Shown: piece after piece, positions 10,615-18,879 of the stretch | Numbering within the stretch: the first letter of the stretch is position 1 | Layout: each line of letters begins with the position of its first letter | Origin: Trueperaceae bacterium | GTDB taxonomy: Bacteria > Deinococcota > Deinococci > Deinococcales > Trueperaceae | DNA length: 64,000 nucleotides | Assembly (NCBI GenBank): GCA_965214405.1 | Contig: OZ243956.1 | Coordinates: 4,096,001-4,160,000, forward strand | Direction: 5' to 3' | Notes under the pieces: model-generated | Told to the model about the DNA's origin: nothing | The model's database searches: none | Seen by the model: only the letters and a program-made list of their open reading frames with translations | Made by a program: the position numbers and the translations under genes

Positions 10615-10971
10615 TTGCCCATAAATCAGGGCCGACGAGCCACCATTTTTGTCGCGCCCGCTCTGGTTGTGATACTTATCCTCTTGCTCTTACAGATTCC
10701 AGTCGTTGAGAACCTTTGGTTGGTGACGATCGGGCGAGGGTTTGTCATTCCAGACGAATCTTCCATTTTCACGTTCCGCGTGAACGAAATGAACAGCGGT
10801 TCCGGGGAGTGGTGGCTTTACGCGGAGGATGACCGCCACTTCTACGCGAACGGCGGAGCTGGTGTTCTGTACGTCGCCTTCCCTAAGTCAGAACTTCCGA
10901 AGTGCCCTGCTTTTGACCCTCGAGACTGGACCACCTGGTGCGACCAGTTCCAACTGCACAAGTCACCCTGA
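10615..10971 (+). CDS. Small membrane-anchored hypothetical protein (start uncertain)
   Basis: N-terminal hydrophobic helix followed by a globular-looking segment (GFVIPDESSIFTF..MNSGSGEWWLY) with two C-terminal Cys. Confidence 0.6.
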   Translation: MPINQGRRATIFVAPALVVILILLLLQIPVVENLWLVTIGRGFVIPDESSIFTFRVNEMNSGSGEWWLYAEDDRHFYANGGAGVLYVAFPKSELPKCPAFDPRDWTTWCDQFQLHKSP

Positions 10972-11046
10972 ACCAGCTTTGACTATGTTAATGACTACGT
11001 CAATAACGTCAACAAAACCCAGAGAGTGTTTGAAAATGAGTTGCCT

Positions 11047-11147
11047 CCCCCCTTAACAAGGGGGGACCGAGGGGGGGATTTGCTTTCGGCACCTTGCCAT
11101 AAAGCCGGTTAGAGACAAATCCCCCCAACCCCCCTTGTTAAGGGGGG
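11047..11147. repeat. REP/MITE-like element made of two inverted copies of a self-palindromic unit
   Basis: CCCCCCTTAACAAGGGGGGACCGAGGGGGGGATTTG (11047-11082) is inverted against CAAATCCCCCCAACCCCCCTTGTTAAGGGGGG (11116-11147), between convergent genes. Confidence 0.8.
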
Positions 11148-11182
11148 CTTTTGTCGGAACTCGAGCCTTTTTCAAATACCCT

Positions 11183-12469
11183 CTAGCTCCACAACCTGTC
11201 GTGCGACAAGTCGCCGTCCCAATGTTCGGTGGGCTCAAAAAAGAGCGGGCGCTCCTTGTCGAGAAACTCCTTGAACACCTCTTCGTTGATGTCCGTAAAA
11301 CCCAACCCAGGCGTTTCGGGCACGGTGATGTGACCGTCTTGGATTAAGGGCTGGGGCAGCCCGTCGACCAGATAGTCCCAACGGGGAATGTCGACGGCGT
11401 GGTTTTCTAGGACCATAAAGTTTTCCGTCGCGGCGGCGCAGTGGACCGCGGCGAGGGTCGAGATGGGCGAGCCCGCCATGTGCATCGCCATCGCCACGCC
11501 GTGGTCTTGGGCGGTATCGCCCAAGCGTTTGGTTTCCAAAATGCCGCCCGAGCTGGCGATGTCGGGGTGGATGATGTCGACGGCCCTGGCCACTAACAAG
11601 GGCTTAAAGTTCTCCATCAAGTAAATGTCTTCGCCTGTGCAGACGGGGGTGGCGACGCTCTCGGTCAGACGCAGGTACTGCTCGGTAAATTGCCAGGGAA
11701 TCATGTCCTCGTACCAGGCGAGGCTGAACTGGTCTAAAGCGCGGCCCAGACGGATGCAGGATTTGAGCCCGAGGTGTCCGAAGTGGTCTAGCGCCAGAGG
11801 AACTTCGTAGCCGATTTCCGCGCGTACCGCCCTCACGTATTCGACCAAGACCTCGATACCCTTTTCGGTAATCTGCAAGCCGGTAAAGGGGTGCATGACG
11901 CTCTGGGACTCGAGCATCCCCGGCGGCGAAATGAGCGTGTCGGGAATGGTCTTTAGCAACTGAATGCCCACGTCCATCTTCAAAAACTTAAAGCCCTTGT
12001 CCATCCGGTCCTTGAGCCGTTTGCCCATCTCTTTGCCGTCGGTCACGGTGTCGGTGTCGCAGTAGCAGAGAATCTTGTCGCGGAACTTGCCCCCGGCCAG
12101 CATGTAGGCGGGCACGCCGTACGCCTTGCCCGCCAAATCCATCAGCGCCATCTCGACGCCGCACACGCCGCCCGCCTGCCGCGCGTGGTGACCGAACTGC
12201 TTGATTTTGCGAAAAATCTTGTCGACGTTGCACGGGTTCTCGCCGATGAGCTGCCGCTTGAGCATGAGCGCGTACACGGGGCTCGCCCAATCGCGCACCT
12301 CGCCGTAGCCGCGTAAACCCTGGTTCGTGTCGAGGCGGATGATGGAGGCGGGGAAGGGGACACCGGCTAAGTTGGCAATCCGCATATCGGTAATGCGCAG
12401 GGCCGAGGGCGATGAGTGGGTGTTGACGTTGTCCAGCACCTGTTCACTATCCAGCATCTGTTTGCTCAC
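11183..12469 (-). CDS. Mandelate racemase/muconate lactonising enzyme family protein (probable acid-sugar dehydratase)
   Basis: Motifs G.GEVRD, EMALMDLAGKAYGVP, KxKxD, WYED, TGED and HPD..SSGG. AAGGAG precedes the GTG. Confidence 0.85.
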   Translation of the reverse strand: MSKQMLDSEQVLDNVNTHSSPSALRITDMRIANLAGVPFPASIIRLDTNQGLRGYGEVRDWASPVYALMLKRQLIGENPCNVDKIFRKIKQFGHHARQAGGVCGVEMALMDLAGKAYGVPAYMLAGGKFRDKILCYCDTDTVTDGKEMGKRLKDRMDKGFKFLKMDVGIQLLKTIPDTLISPPGMLESQSVMHPFTGLQITEKGIEVLVEYVRAVRAEIGYEVPLALDHFGHLGLKSCIRLGRALDQFSLAWYEDMIPWQFTEQYLRLTESVATPVCTGEDIYLMENFKPLLVARAVDIIHPDIASSGGILETKRLGDTAQDHGVAMAMHMAGSPISTLAAVHCAAATENFMVLENHAVDIPRWDYLVDGLPQPLIQDGHITVPETPGLGFTDINEEVFKEFLDKERPLFFEPTEHWDGDLSHDRLWS

Positions 12470-12507
12470 GGAATCTCCTTTTTGAAGTTTGGTTCACCTT
12501 AACTTAG

Positions 12508-13790
12508 CAATACTTCGGACAGGTATTGAAAAGAAGGAAGCCATCACGCTAGTTTGAATGTGTGATGAAACAAACAGATGATGGCTTGCTAGAGATTATA
12601 GACGAAGCGCTGATAAAGATGCCAGGGGTAGGCAAATGGCAACGAGATTTTCTAAGACAGTTGTTCAGTACCGTGCTGTTGGTGTACGGCAAGCTCAACT
12701 TCAGCAACTTAGCCAGACATAGCGAACTGGATGAGAAAACGTACCGCAGAGGTTTTAGACGAGACTTTGACTTCGAGATGTTCAACCTGCATTGTCTAGG
12801 GCAACGTACTACGAGCGGCGAACTGGTGGCAGCACTAGACGCGAGCTACTTAGCTAAAAGCGGGAAACAGACGTTTGGGCTGGGTAAATTTTACAGTGGC
12901 TGTATAGGTAGGGCAGTAAAAGGCTTAGAGATTAGTGAACTGGCTTTGATTGACCGTGACAGCCGTCAGGCATTTGCTTTTTCAACGAGGCAGACTGTGG
13001 CTAAGGCGGGGAAAAGCCGCGTTGAGCAGTATGCCGAACACGTAGAAGCCTGTGCTGAAACCTTGCCTAAAGAGGTCAACTATCTGCTGGTAGACGGCTA
13101 TTACAGCAAGAAGGGGTTTGTTGACACAGTGTGTGCTCTAGGAAAGCTTGAGGTAGTGGGCAAACTACGCTGTGACGCCAACCTACGCTATCTCTACCGA
13201 GGAGCCTACTGTGGCAAAGGACGCCCTAAACGCTATGATGGCAAGGTTGATTTTGGAGACCTGAGCCGGTTTGTTTATGAGAGCGAAACTGAACCGCAGC
13301 TTCACATCTATACGCAAACCCTTTGGCATGTTGGTTTGAAACGTCTTCTTCGCGTTGTGCTACTGCTCGATACCAGCAAAGCCAAACCTCGTTACATCTT
13401 GCTCTTTTCGACAGACCTGAGTCTTACCGGCAAGGAGATACTAGACCTTTACAAGTTACGCTTCCAAATCGAATTCCTGTTTCGGGATGCTAAACAGTTT
13501 ACAGGTCTTTGTGACTGCCAAGCCAGAGATGCAAAAGCACTTGCCTTTCATTTCAACACCGCTTTATCGGCTGTTAATCTTGCCAAGTTAGACCTTCTAA
13601 ACCAGCAAGAGGGAGAGCAAGCTTTCGTCTTCTCTTTAAGCAGTTACATCCACCGTTCTTTCAGTCACCGACTGCTTTCTCGACTTTTTGCAAGCTTAGA
13701 CTTTGACCTCAGTTGCAATAAAGTTCAGTCCGCTTTTAACCATGCCCTTGCCTTCGGGCTAGCTTGTCCTTAAATCTGTCCGGAGTATTG
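12508..13790 (+). mobile_element. Complete insertion sequence, IS701/IS4-superfamily-like, 1283 bp
   Basis: TIRs CAATACTTCGGACAG (12508-12522) and CTGTCCGGAGTATTG (13776-13790) match at 14/15. A 5-bp direct repeat CTTAG sits at 12503-12507 and 13791-13795. GC content is visibly lower than the flanks. Confidence 0.93.
12562..13773 (+). CDS. DDE transposase
   Basis: ALDASY and LVDGYY motifs plus the Y-2-R-3-E-6-K signature YKLRFQIEFLFRDAK; the ORF fills the IS. Confidence 0.92.
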   Translation: MMKQTDDGLLEIIDEALIKMPGVGKWQRDFLRQLFSTVLLVYGKLNFSNLARHSELDEKTYRRGFRRDFDFEMFNLHCLGQRTTSGELVAALDASYLAKSGKQTFGLGKFYSGCIGRAVKGLEISELALIDRDSRQAFAFSTRQTVAKAGKSRVEQYAEHVEACAETLPKEVNYLLVDGYYSKKGFVDTVCALGKLEVVGKLRCDANLRYLYRGAYCGKGRPKRYDGKVDFGDLSRFVYESETEPQLHIYTQTLWHVGLKRLLRVVLLLDTSKAKPRYILLFSTDLSLTGKEILDLYKLRFQIEFLFRDAKQFTGLCDCQARDAKALAFHFNTALSAVNLAKLDLLNQQEGEQAFVFSLSSYIHRSFSHRLLSRLFASLDFDLSCNKVQSAFNHALAFGLACP

Positions 13791-13932
13791 CTTAGGTTTG
13801 TTTCTTACAAATCGAGCCTAGGGAATAGAGAATACAAAGGGAGAATAAACCAAATACTCTGTGTTCTTCATTCTGCATTTTCGGCGTAGGCTCTGTACCC
13901 TTAATGGCTGGTGCGTAAGGTGAGTTGGTCCA

Positions 13933-14907
13933 TTATGTTGCAGCATCATTGTACGTTATCCGCCCGCTCCTTAAACAAGTTTGAAAGTGCTTGGTGGTTG
14001 CTCCTACCCCGCTTTGCAAGTCGGTTTGAAACACCGTCGGCATGGCGAGTCGCAACGCATGATCGTCAAACCCTACCGGGAAGGGCAACGGGTTGGGGCT
14101 ATGGCTAATCTCAGCGCCCGGTACGACGGCTTGAATGGCGGCGACGACCTCTGCCATACTCACGGGGCGGCCCCCTAAGTTAAACACGTGAGCCCCCCCT
14201 AGCGGACGATCTGCGGCCAAAATGAACTGCTGCGCGACGTCCGAGGCCAGTTGAAGCTGCGCCGTGCCCCCAAAGTGGATGTGGTAGGGCTTTCCGGCTG
14301 CTGCGGCCAGCATCGCTTTGGTCGGGTCGCTGGTCATGCCCTGGTCACGCCCGACGCCGTAGACGACGTAAGGCCGCAGCGCGGTCGAGTTGAGTCCGTA
14401 GTCGCTCGAGTAAAGACGGGCGTTTTGCTCGTTACACCTTTTGTAGCCGCCGTAGAGCGTGTGAGGGTTTAGGGGCGCGTCAGCCCCGACTAAACCTGCC
14501 GGGTACTCGTCCATGTTGCCGTAAACGGCCACGGACGAGGCGTACACGACGTGCTTAAGCCCGGCCTTGAGCGCCGCCTCAAATACGTTTAGAGTGCCGA
14601 CCACGTTGACCTGCGCGCCTAAAACGGGGTTCGCCCGGCAAAAGGGAACTTGCAGGGCACCCAGGTGAATCAGGTGCGTGACCTCGTGCCGAGCAAGGGC
14701 CTCTTCTAACCTCTCCTGCCTCGTCAGGTCGCCCTTTTCAAACACGATGGCTGACAGTTGCGCTTCGTCCATGAGCCGCTCGAGCCGCCCCCGGTTGTCA
14801 CTGACGTCGAAACTGACGACGCGCTCCCCCCGTTTTTGCAGGTGATGCAGCACCCACGCGCCGATACAGCCCAGCGAGCCCGTGACTAAGTATGTGTTGG
14901 CCGACAT
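13933..14907 (-). CDS. NAD-dependent epimerase/dehydratase family protein
   Basis: Motifs TGSLGCIG, NVVGT, ASSVAVYG, YGGYK and LRPYVVYGVGRD. GGAG precedes the ATG at 14907. Confidence 0.88.
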   Translation of the reverse strand: MSANTYLVTGSLGCIGAWVLHHLQKRGERVVSFDVSDNRGRLERLMDEAQLSAIVFEKGDLTRQERLEEALARHEVTHLIHLGALQVPFCRANPVLGAQVNVVGTLNVFEAALKAGLKHVVYASSVAVYGNMDEYPAGLVGADAPLNPHTLYGGYKRCNEQNARLYSSDYGLNSTALRPYVVYGVGRDQGMTSDPTKAMLAAAAGKPYHIHFGGTAQLQLASDVAQQFILAADRPLGGAHVFNLGGRPVSMAEVVAAIQAVVPGAEISHSPNPLPFPVGFDDHALRLAMPTVFQTDLQSGVGATTKHFQTCLRSGRITYNDAAT

Positions 14908-15070
14908 GCTTACTCCGTCCTCTGCCGGGTCTCTTAGGCTAATCAAGTCTCGTAGATCGGGTCCCGCAGGTGCTCAGCTAAGCGATAACGCAAATAGGGG
15001 TCACCCGAATTTGGGTACTATAGCTGAACCCTGACCTGGAGGCAAGCCATGAATCCGCTCCGGGTGCAAC

Positions 15071-16183
15071 TCACGTAGTGGGGGAAGAAAAGGCGTGGTG
15101 CCTTATGGTGTCATGGGAGACGAGCGGCTGCTTGGAACAACGCCTAGCTCTAAAAGAAGCCATGCGACCTGCGCCAGGACGCGACCACTGCATCCCCGAC
15201 TGTTTCATGCGGAAGCCGATGACGCTCTTGTTGACGCCCTCGACTTGACCAGAGCCAATGGGTAAGCCACAATTTTTATAACTGGGGTAATCCATATGGT
15301 GTTGACGTTCTTGAAGATAGCGTAAAGCCGTTTGTGATGTGTCATCCCAGCTCAGCCAAACAGCAGGGTCAGGACGATGCGTTTGTAACCAATCCGCAGC
15401 AGCAATCTCGCCGCTAAGCCAAGAGCGTCTTGTTTGGCTACGTTCGCGCTCATCCCAGCCGAGAGCTTCCATAAGGGTGTCAAGGTAAGCACTGCTGTGG
15501 TAAACGTCGATGATGTGTGGGATACCCAGATGCTCGTAAAGGTTTTTGATCCAACTCGCGCCATCGCTCAGGCCGACGACTTCATCATCTTGTCTCAGGC
15601 CTGCTTCACGCATCAGCCCCGCTACTTGGTCGGTAAACGCTGTCGCCTCACACACATCGGCTAACAGGCTGCGTTGCTGAGGTGCAGACACCGGGTGGAT
15701 CACCGCGCTCTTGATCTCGATGCCGCCACAAACCCCGTCCTGAGCTTTTTCGAGCACCCGCACCCCGTCAACTTCAATCACCACTTTCCGCCCTCGTCCT
15801 GCTAGCAACGCTGCATCTTTGGCCGTGTCCAGCAGCTCGCGCGTTTGCGCCTGACAAGCGCTGGCGTAAGGTTGGGTCAAGCGCTCCAAGCCCGCGCGAC
15901 TCATGCCCGGCAACATCTCAAAGTCACGGCTGACTTCTACCGCTTTTTCATACGATAAAGCGCTACTCAAACGCATCATCACGTTCAATGCGCCCGCTGT
16001 CCAACCACTGCCGTCTAAGTTTGGGTCCAGGGCGACTTGGCAATGTCTGCCGTCTTTGTGTTCGTACCTTTGACTGGGTACGCGCACGCTCCCCCAGAAG
16101 TGCTTGACCTCAAGCTCGCCCCGTCCGTCTTTATGCCAACCCTCGCTTTTGTTCATCAGAGGGGGGAAAATCCTGGCTCTCAA
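15071..16183 (-). CDS. Transposase catalytic ORF (OrfB), overlapping OrfA in the +1 frame
   Basis: Motifs EVDG, SDGASWI, IIDVYHS and GLPIGSGQVEGVNK..R.K.SGM.W. The stop codon lies inside the TIR. Confidence 0.85.
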   Translation of the reverse strand: MRARIFPPLMNKSEGWHKDGRGELEVKHFWGSVRVPSQRYEHKDGRHCQVALDPNLDGSGWTAGALNVMMRLSSALSYEKAVEVSRDFEMLPGMSRAGLERLTQPYASACQAQTRELLDTAKDAALLAGRGRKVVIEVDGVRVLEKAQDGVCGGIEIKSAVIHPVSAPQQRSLLADVCEATAFTDQVAGLMREAGLRQDDEVVGLSDGASWIKNLYEHLGIPHIIDVYHSSAYLDTLMEALGWDERERSQTRRSWLSGEIAAADWLQTHRPDPAVWLSWDDTSQTALRYLQERQHHMDYPSYKNCGLPIGSGQVEGVNKSVIGFRMKQSGMQWSRPGAGRMASFRARRCSKQPLVSHDTIRHHAFSSPTT

Positions 16184-16349
16184 CCAGGTGCTGCATCAGG
16201 CGACTCATCAGGCTACTTTGTCGCTTTAGCAAGGCCGCTTCTATTTCGTTCATGCTCGCTTTCGTCCCTAGCTCCTGCTTTATCTCCGCAACAATGCTCT
16301 TGATGATGGCGTCCAGTTCTTCTACCCTTTGCTCTGCGTCTGTTGTCAT
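16131..16349 (-). CDS. Transposase N-terminal ORF (OrfA, 72 aa)
   Basis: Helical ORF starting just inside the TIR and overlapping OrfB at a TTTTCCCCCC run. Confidence 0.7.
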   Translation of the reverse strand: MTTDAEQRVEELDAIIKSIVAEIKQELGTKASMNEIEAALLKRQSSLMSRLMQHLVESQDFPPSDEQKRGLA

Positions 16350-16476
16350 CGTCCTGTTTTATCACCCCCATTCACTGAGTTGCACCCATCCGCTCCTTAC
16401 AGCCGCTTACCGTGACACCACGATGAGCTTATCGGCGCAGGCTTCCTCTTACCAGTTTGGGTCTCGGTAAAACCCC

Positions 16477-17676
16477 ATGAAAATAATCGCTATCGAGTCG
16501 TTGCAGTGGCAGGCGTACCCCCGCTTACTCTACGTGCGCGTCCACACGGACGAGGGCGTCGTCGGTGAGGGTGAAACTGTCGAGAAAGTGGAAGGGTCTA
16601 AAGGCGCGCTGCACGGCACCGTCGCCCCCCTGCTGTTGGGGCAAAACCCGCTGGACATCGAAGGTTTGTGGCGCTTTGCCTTTGACAACATCTTGTATCA
16701 CGGTTACGCGGGTGCAGAACTGAGGGCCTTGTCGGCGGTTGAGATTGCCCTGTGGGACATCTTGGGCAAAAGGCTCGGCGCGCCGCTTTATCAGTTGCTG
16801 GGGGGCAGGGTTCGTGACACGGTGCCGACCTACAACACCTGCATCAGCTTTGGCGCGGTGCAGGATTACAAACAATGGCACACTGACGCAGGCAAGCTTG
16901 CTCAGTCACTTTTAGACGAGGGCATTCGCGCCCTGAAAATCTGGCCTTTTGACGTTCATAGCGAAGCGACGCACGGTCAGTACATTCACCCGGACGCCAT
17001 CGACGCGGCGTTAATCCCTATCCGGCACATCCGCGAGGCGGTCGGTAGCGAGATGGAAATCGGCATAGAGTTTCACTCGCGCTGGAACCGGGCGAGCATG
17101 GAGCGGATTGTGGGGGCGCTCGAGCCCTTCGACATCTTGTTCCTTGAAGACCCGCTCGCGCCCACCTACCCGGACGAAATCAAAGCCCTATCGCAAAAAA
17201 CACGTATTCCCATCGTGGGCTCGGAGACGCTTTTTACTCGCTGGCAGGTGCGCGAGTGGTTGGAAAAACACGTCGCGCAAATCCTCATGACCGACGTCTT
17301 GTGGAACGGCGGCGTGGCCGAAACCCGCAAGATGGCGACGATGGCGGAGGCTTTCGGGATTCCCCTGGTGCTTCACAATCTGGCGGGGCCACTCGCCCAC
17401 GCGGTCAACCTTCACCTGGGCGTTCACCTGCCCAATCTGATGTTTATGGAGTCCTCGAGGGCGCTCTACAAAACGCACTACAATATCCTCACTGACTACG
17501 AACCGAAGCTAACCAGCGGTCAATTCGAAATCCCCGATAAACCGGGCATAGGGGTCACGATCCGCCGGGAGATGCTTGAACGTGCCGACCTGACGCGCCA
17601 GGTGTCCGAGGGTGCGGGCTTAGCCGTGGGCAAAAGGGCGACGGGCGACCACTGGCAAGACGAACGGATTCGCTGA
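16477..17676 (+). CDS. Mandelate racemase/muconate lactonising enzyme family protein (galactonate dehydratase-like)
   Basis: Motifs [40 protein letters not shown] and GSE. Confidence 0.87.
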   Translation: MKIIAIESLQWQAYPRLLYVRVHTDEGVVGEGETVEKVEGSKGALHGTVAPLLLGQNPLDIEGLWRFAFDNILYHGYAGAELRALSAVEIALWDILGKRLGAPLYQLLGGRVRDTVPTYNTCISFGAVQDYKQWHTDAGKLAQSLLDEGIRALKIWPFDVHSEATHGQYIHPDAIDAALIPIRHIREAVGSEMEIGIEFHSRWNRASMERIVGALEPFDILFLEDPLAPTYPDEIKALSQKTRIPIVGSETLFTRWQVREWLEKHVAQILMTDVLWNGGVAETRKMATMAEAFGIPLVLHNLAGPLAHAVNLHLGVHLPNLMFMESSRALYKTHYNILTDYEPKLTSGQFEIPDKPGIGVTIRREMLERADLTRQVSEGAGLAVGKRATGDHWQDERIR

Positions 17677-17736
17677 CGGTTGACCGGCTCACCTGAGATC
17701 TTATAGGGGCGGCTTCGGTTTGGCGTTGCGCGAGCT

Positions 17737-18807
17737 TTAGGCAGGCGCTTCGCGGCGCGCCGTCGAGCCGCGCACGATGAACGTGCAACCCAACGTGACT
17801 TGCTGCGGCGCAAGGTCGGGCGTGTCCAGCCTGTTTAAGACCAGCTTAGCCGCGGTGCGGCCCAGGTCGTAAGCGGGTTGGGCGACGGTCGTCAGGGGCG
17901 GGGTCGTCAACGAGGCGACCGGAATGTCGTCGAAGCCGATAATAGACATCTGGCTCGGCACCTCAACCCCCCTTTCTCGGCAGGCGTCGAGCGCGCCGAT
18001 GGCGACGAGGTCGTTCACGGTGACGACGGCGCTGGGCGGCTCGCTCAGGCTCAAGAGCTTCTTCATGGCGGCAAAACCGCCTTCGCTCGTCGTGTCCGTC
18101 TCGAGCTCGAGGTCACCATCCTGGGGCAACCCGTGCGCCTCCAGAGTTTCCCGGTAGCCGCGCCACCTGCCCACGCCGATGCCGCGTGTGTAATAGCCAC
18201 CGATAAAGCCGATGCGGGTGTGACCCAGAGAAACGAGGTGATTCACCGCGTCAATCTCACCATTTTTTGCCCCGCTGGTTGCGAAGTCACCCCTCGAGCC
18301 TTCGTGCGGGTGACCGATGAAAACGACGGGAACCCCGCGTTCGGGCAGCGTTTCGAGGAGCGTGACGACGTCCGGGTCGGGTCCGCCCAAAGGCGGCGTG
18401 AGGATAAAGCCGTCGACGCCGCGGGCGAGCATCTCTTGCAAGAGCTCGAGTTCTCGCACGGCGTCGCCGTCCGTGCTGCAAATAATGGACAGGTAACGCC
18501 TTAAAGCAATCCCGTCCTGAACGCCCCGCGCCAGGGAAGCGACGAACGGGTTCTGGATGTCCGTCGTGACCAAGCCTATGAGCAGGGTGCGCTTCGTGGT
18601 GAGGGAGCCCGCGAGCGTGTTGGGCCTGTAGCCCAACGTTTTAGCCGCGGCGAAGACCTTTTCGCGGGTCGCCTCGCTAATCATCTCGGGTCGGCTGAAG
18701 CTGCGGGACACCGTCGAGGTCGAGACGCCCGCGAGCGCCGAAACGTCGTAGATGGTGCTGACGGTTCCGGGTGCCGCTTTGACCGGCGTTTCCTTTGTGT
18801 CAGCCAC
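17737..18807 (-). CDS. LacI family transcriptional regulator
   Basis: HTH TIYDVSALAGVSTSTVSR, hinge Y.PN..A, and IIGFDDI..PPLTTV. Confidence 0.93.
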   Translation of the reverse strand: MADTKETPVKAAPGTVSTIYDVSALAGVSTSTVSRSFSRPEMISEATREKVFAAAKTLGYRPNTLAGSLTTKRTLLIGLVTTDIQNPFVASLARGVQDGIALRRYLSIICSTDGDAVRELELLQEMLARGVDGFILTPPLGGPDPDVVTLLETLPERGVPVVFIGHPHEGSRGDFATSGAKNGEIDAVNHLVSLGHTRIGFIGGYYTRGIGVGRWRGYRETLEAHGLPQDGDLELETDTTSEGGFAAMKKLLSLSEPPSAVVTVNDLVAIGALDACRERGVEVPSQMSIIGFDDIPVASLTTPPLTTVAQPAYDLGRTAAKLVLNRLDTPDLAPQQVTLGCTFIVRGSTARREAPA

Positions 18808-18879
18808 GTCTGGTATTCAAGCTTGTCCCACAGGGCTGAAGCTTTCAGGCCGGTGCGTCGCAGTAAGGGTCACAGCAAG

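Larger units (their letters stand above)
15062..16387 (-). mobile_element. Complete insertion sequence, ISKra4/ISLre2-like (Mutator-related), 1326 bp
   Basis: Perfect 12-bp TIR GGGTGCAACTCA at 15062-15073 and 16376-16387. A 9-bp target duplication ATCCGCTCC sits at 15053-15061 and 16388-16396. Confidence 0.93.

Noticed and set aside
12508..16387. Composite transposon carrying the epimerase gene
   Set aside because: The two IS elements have unrelated TIRs and transposases, and each has its own target duplication, so they are independent insertions.
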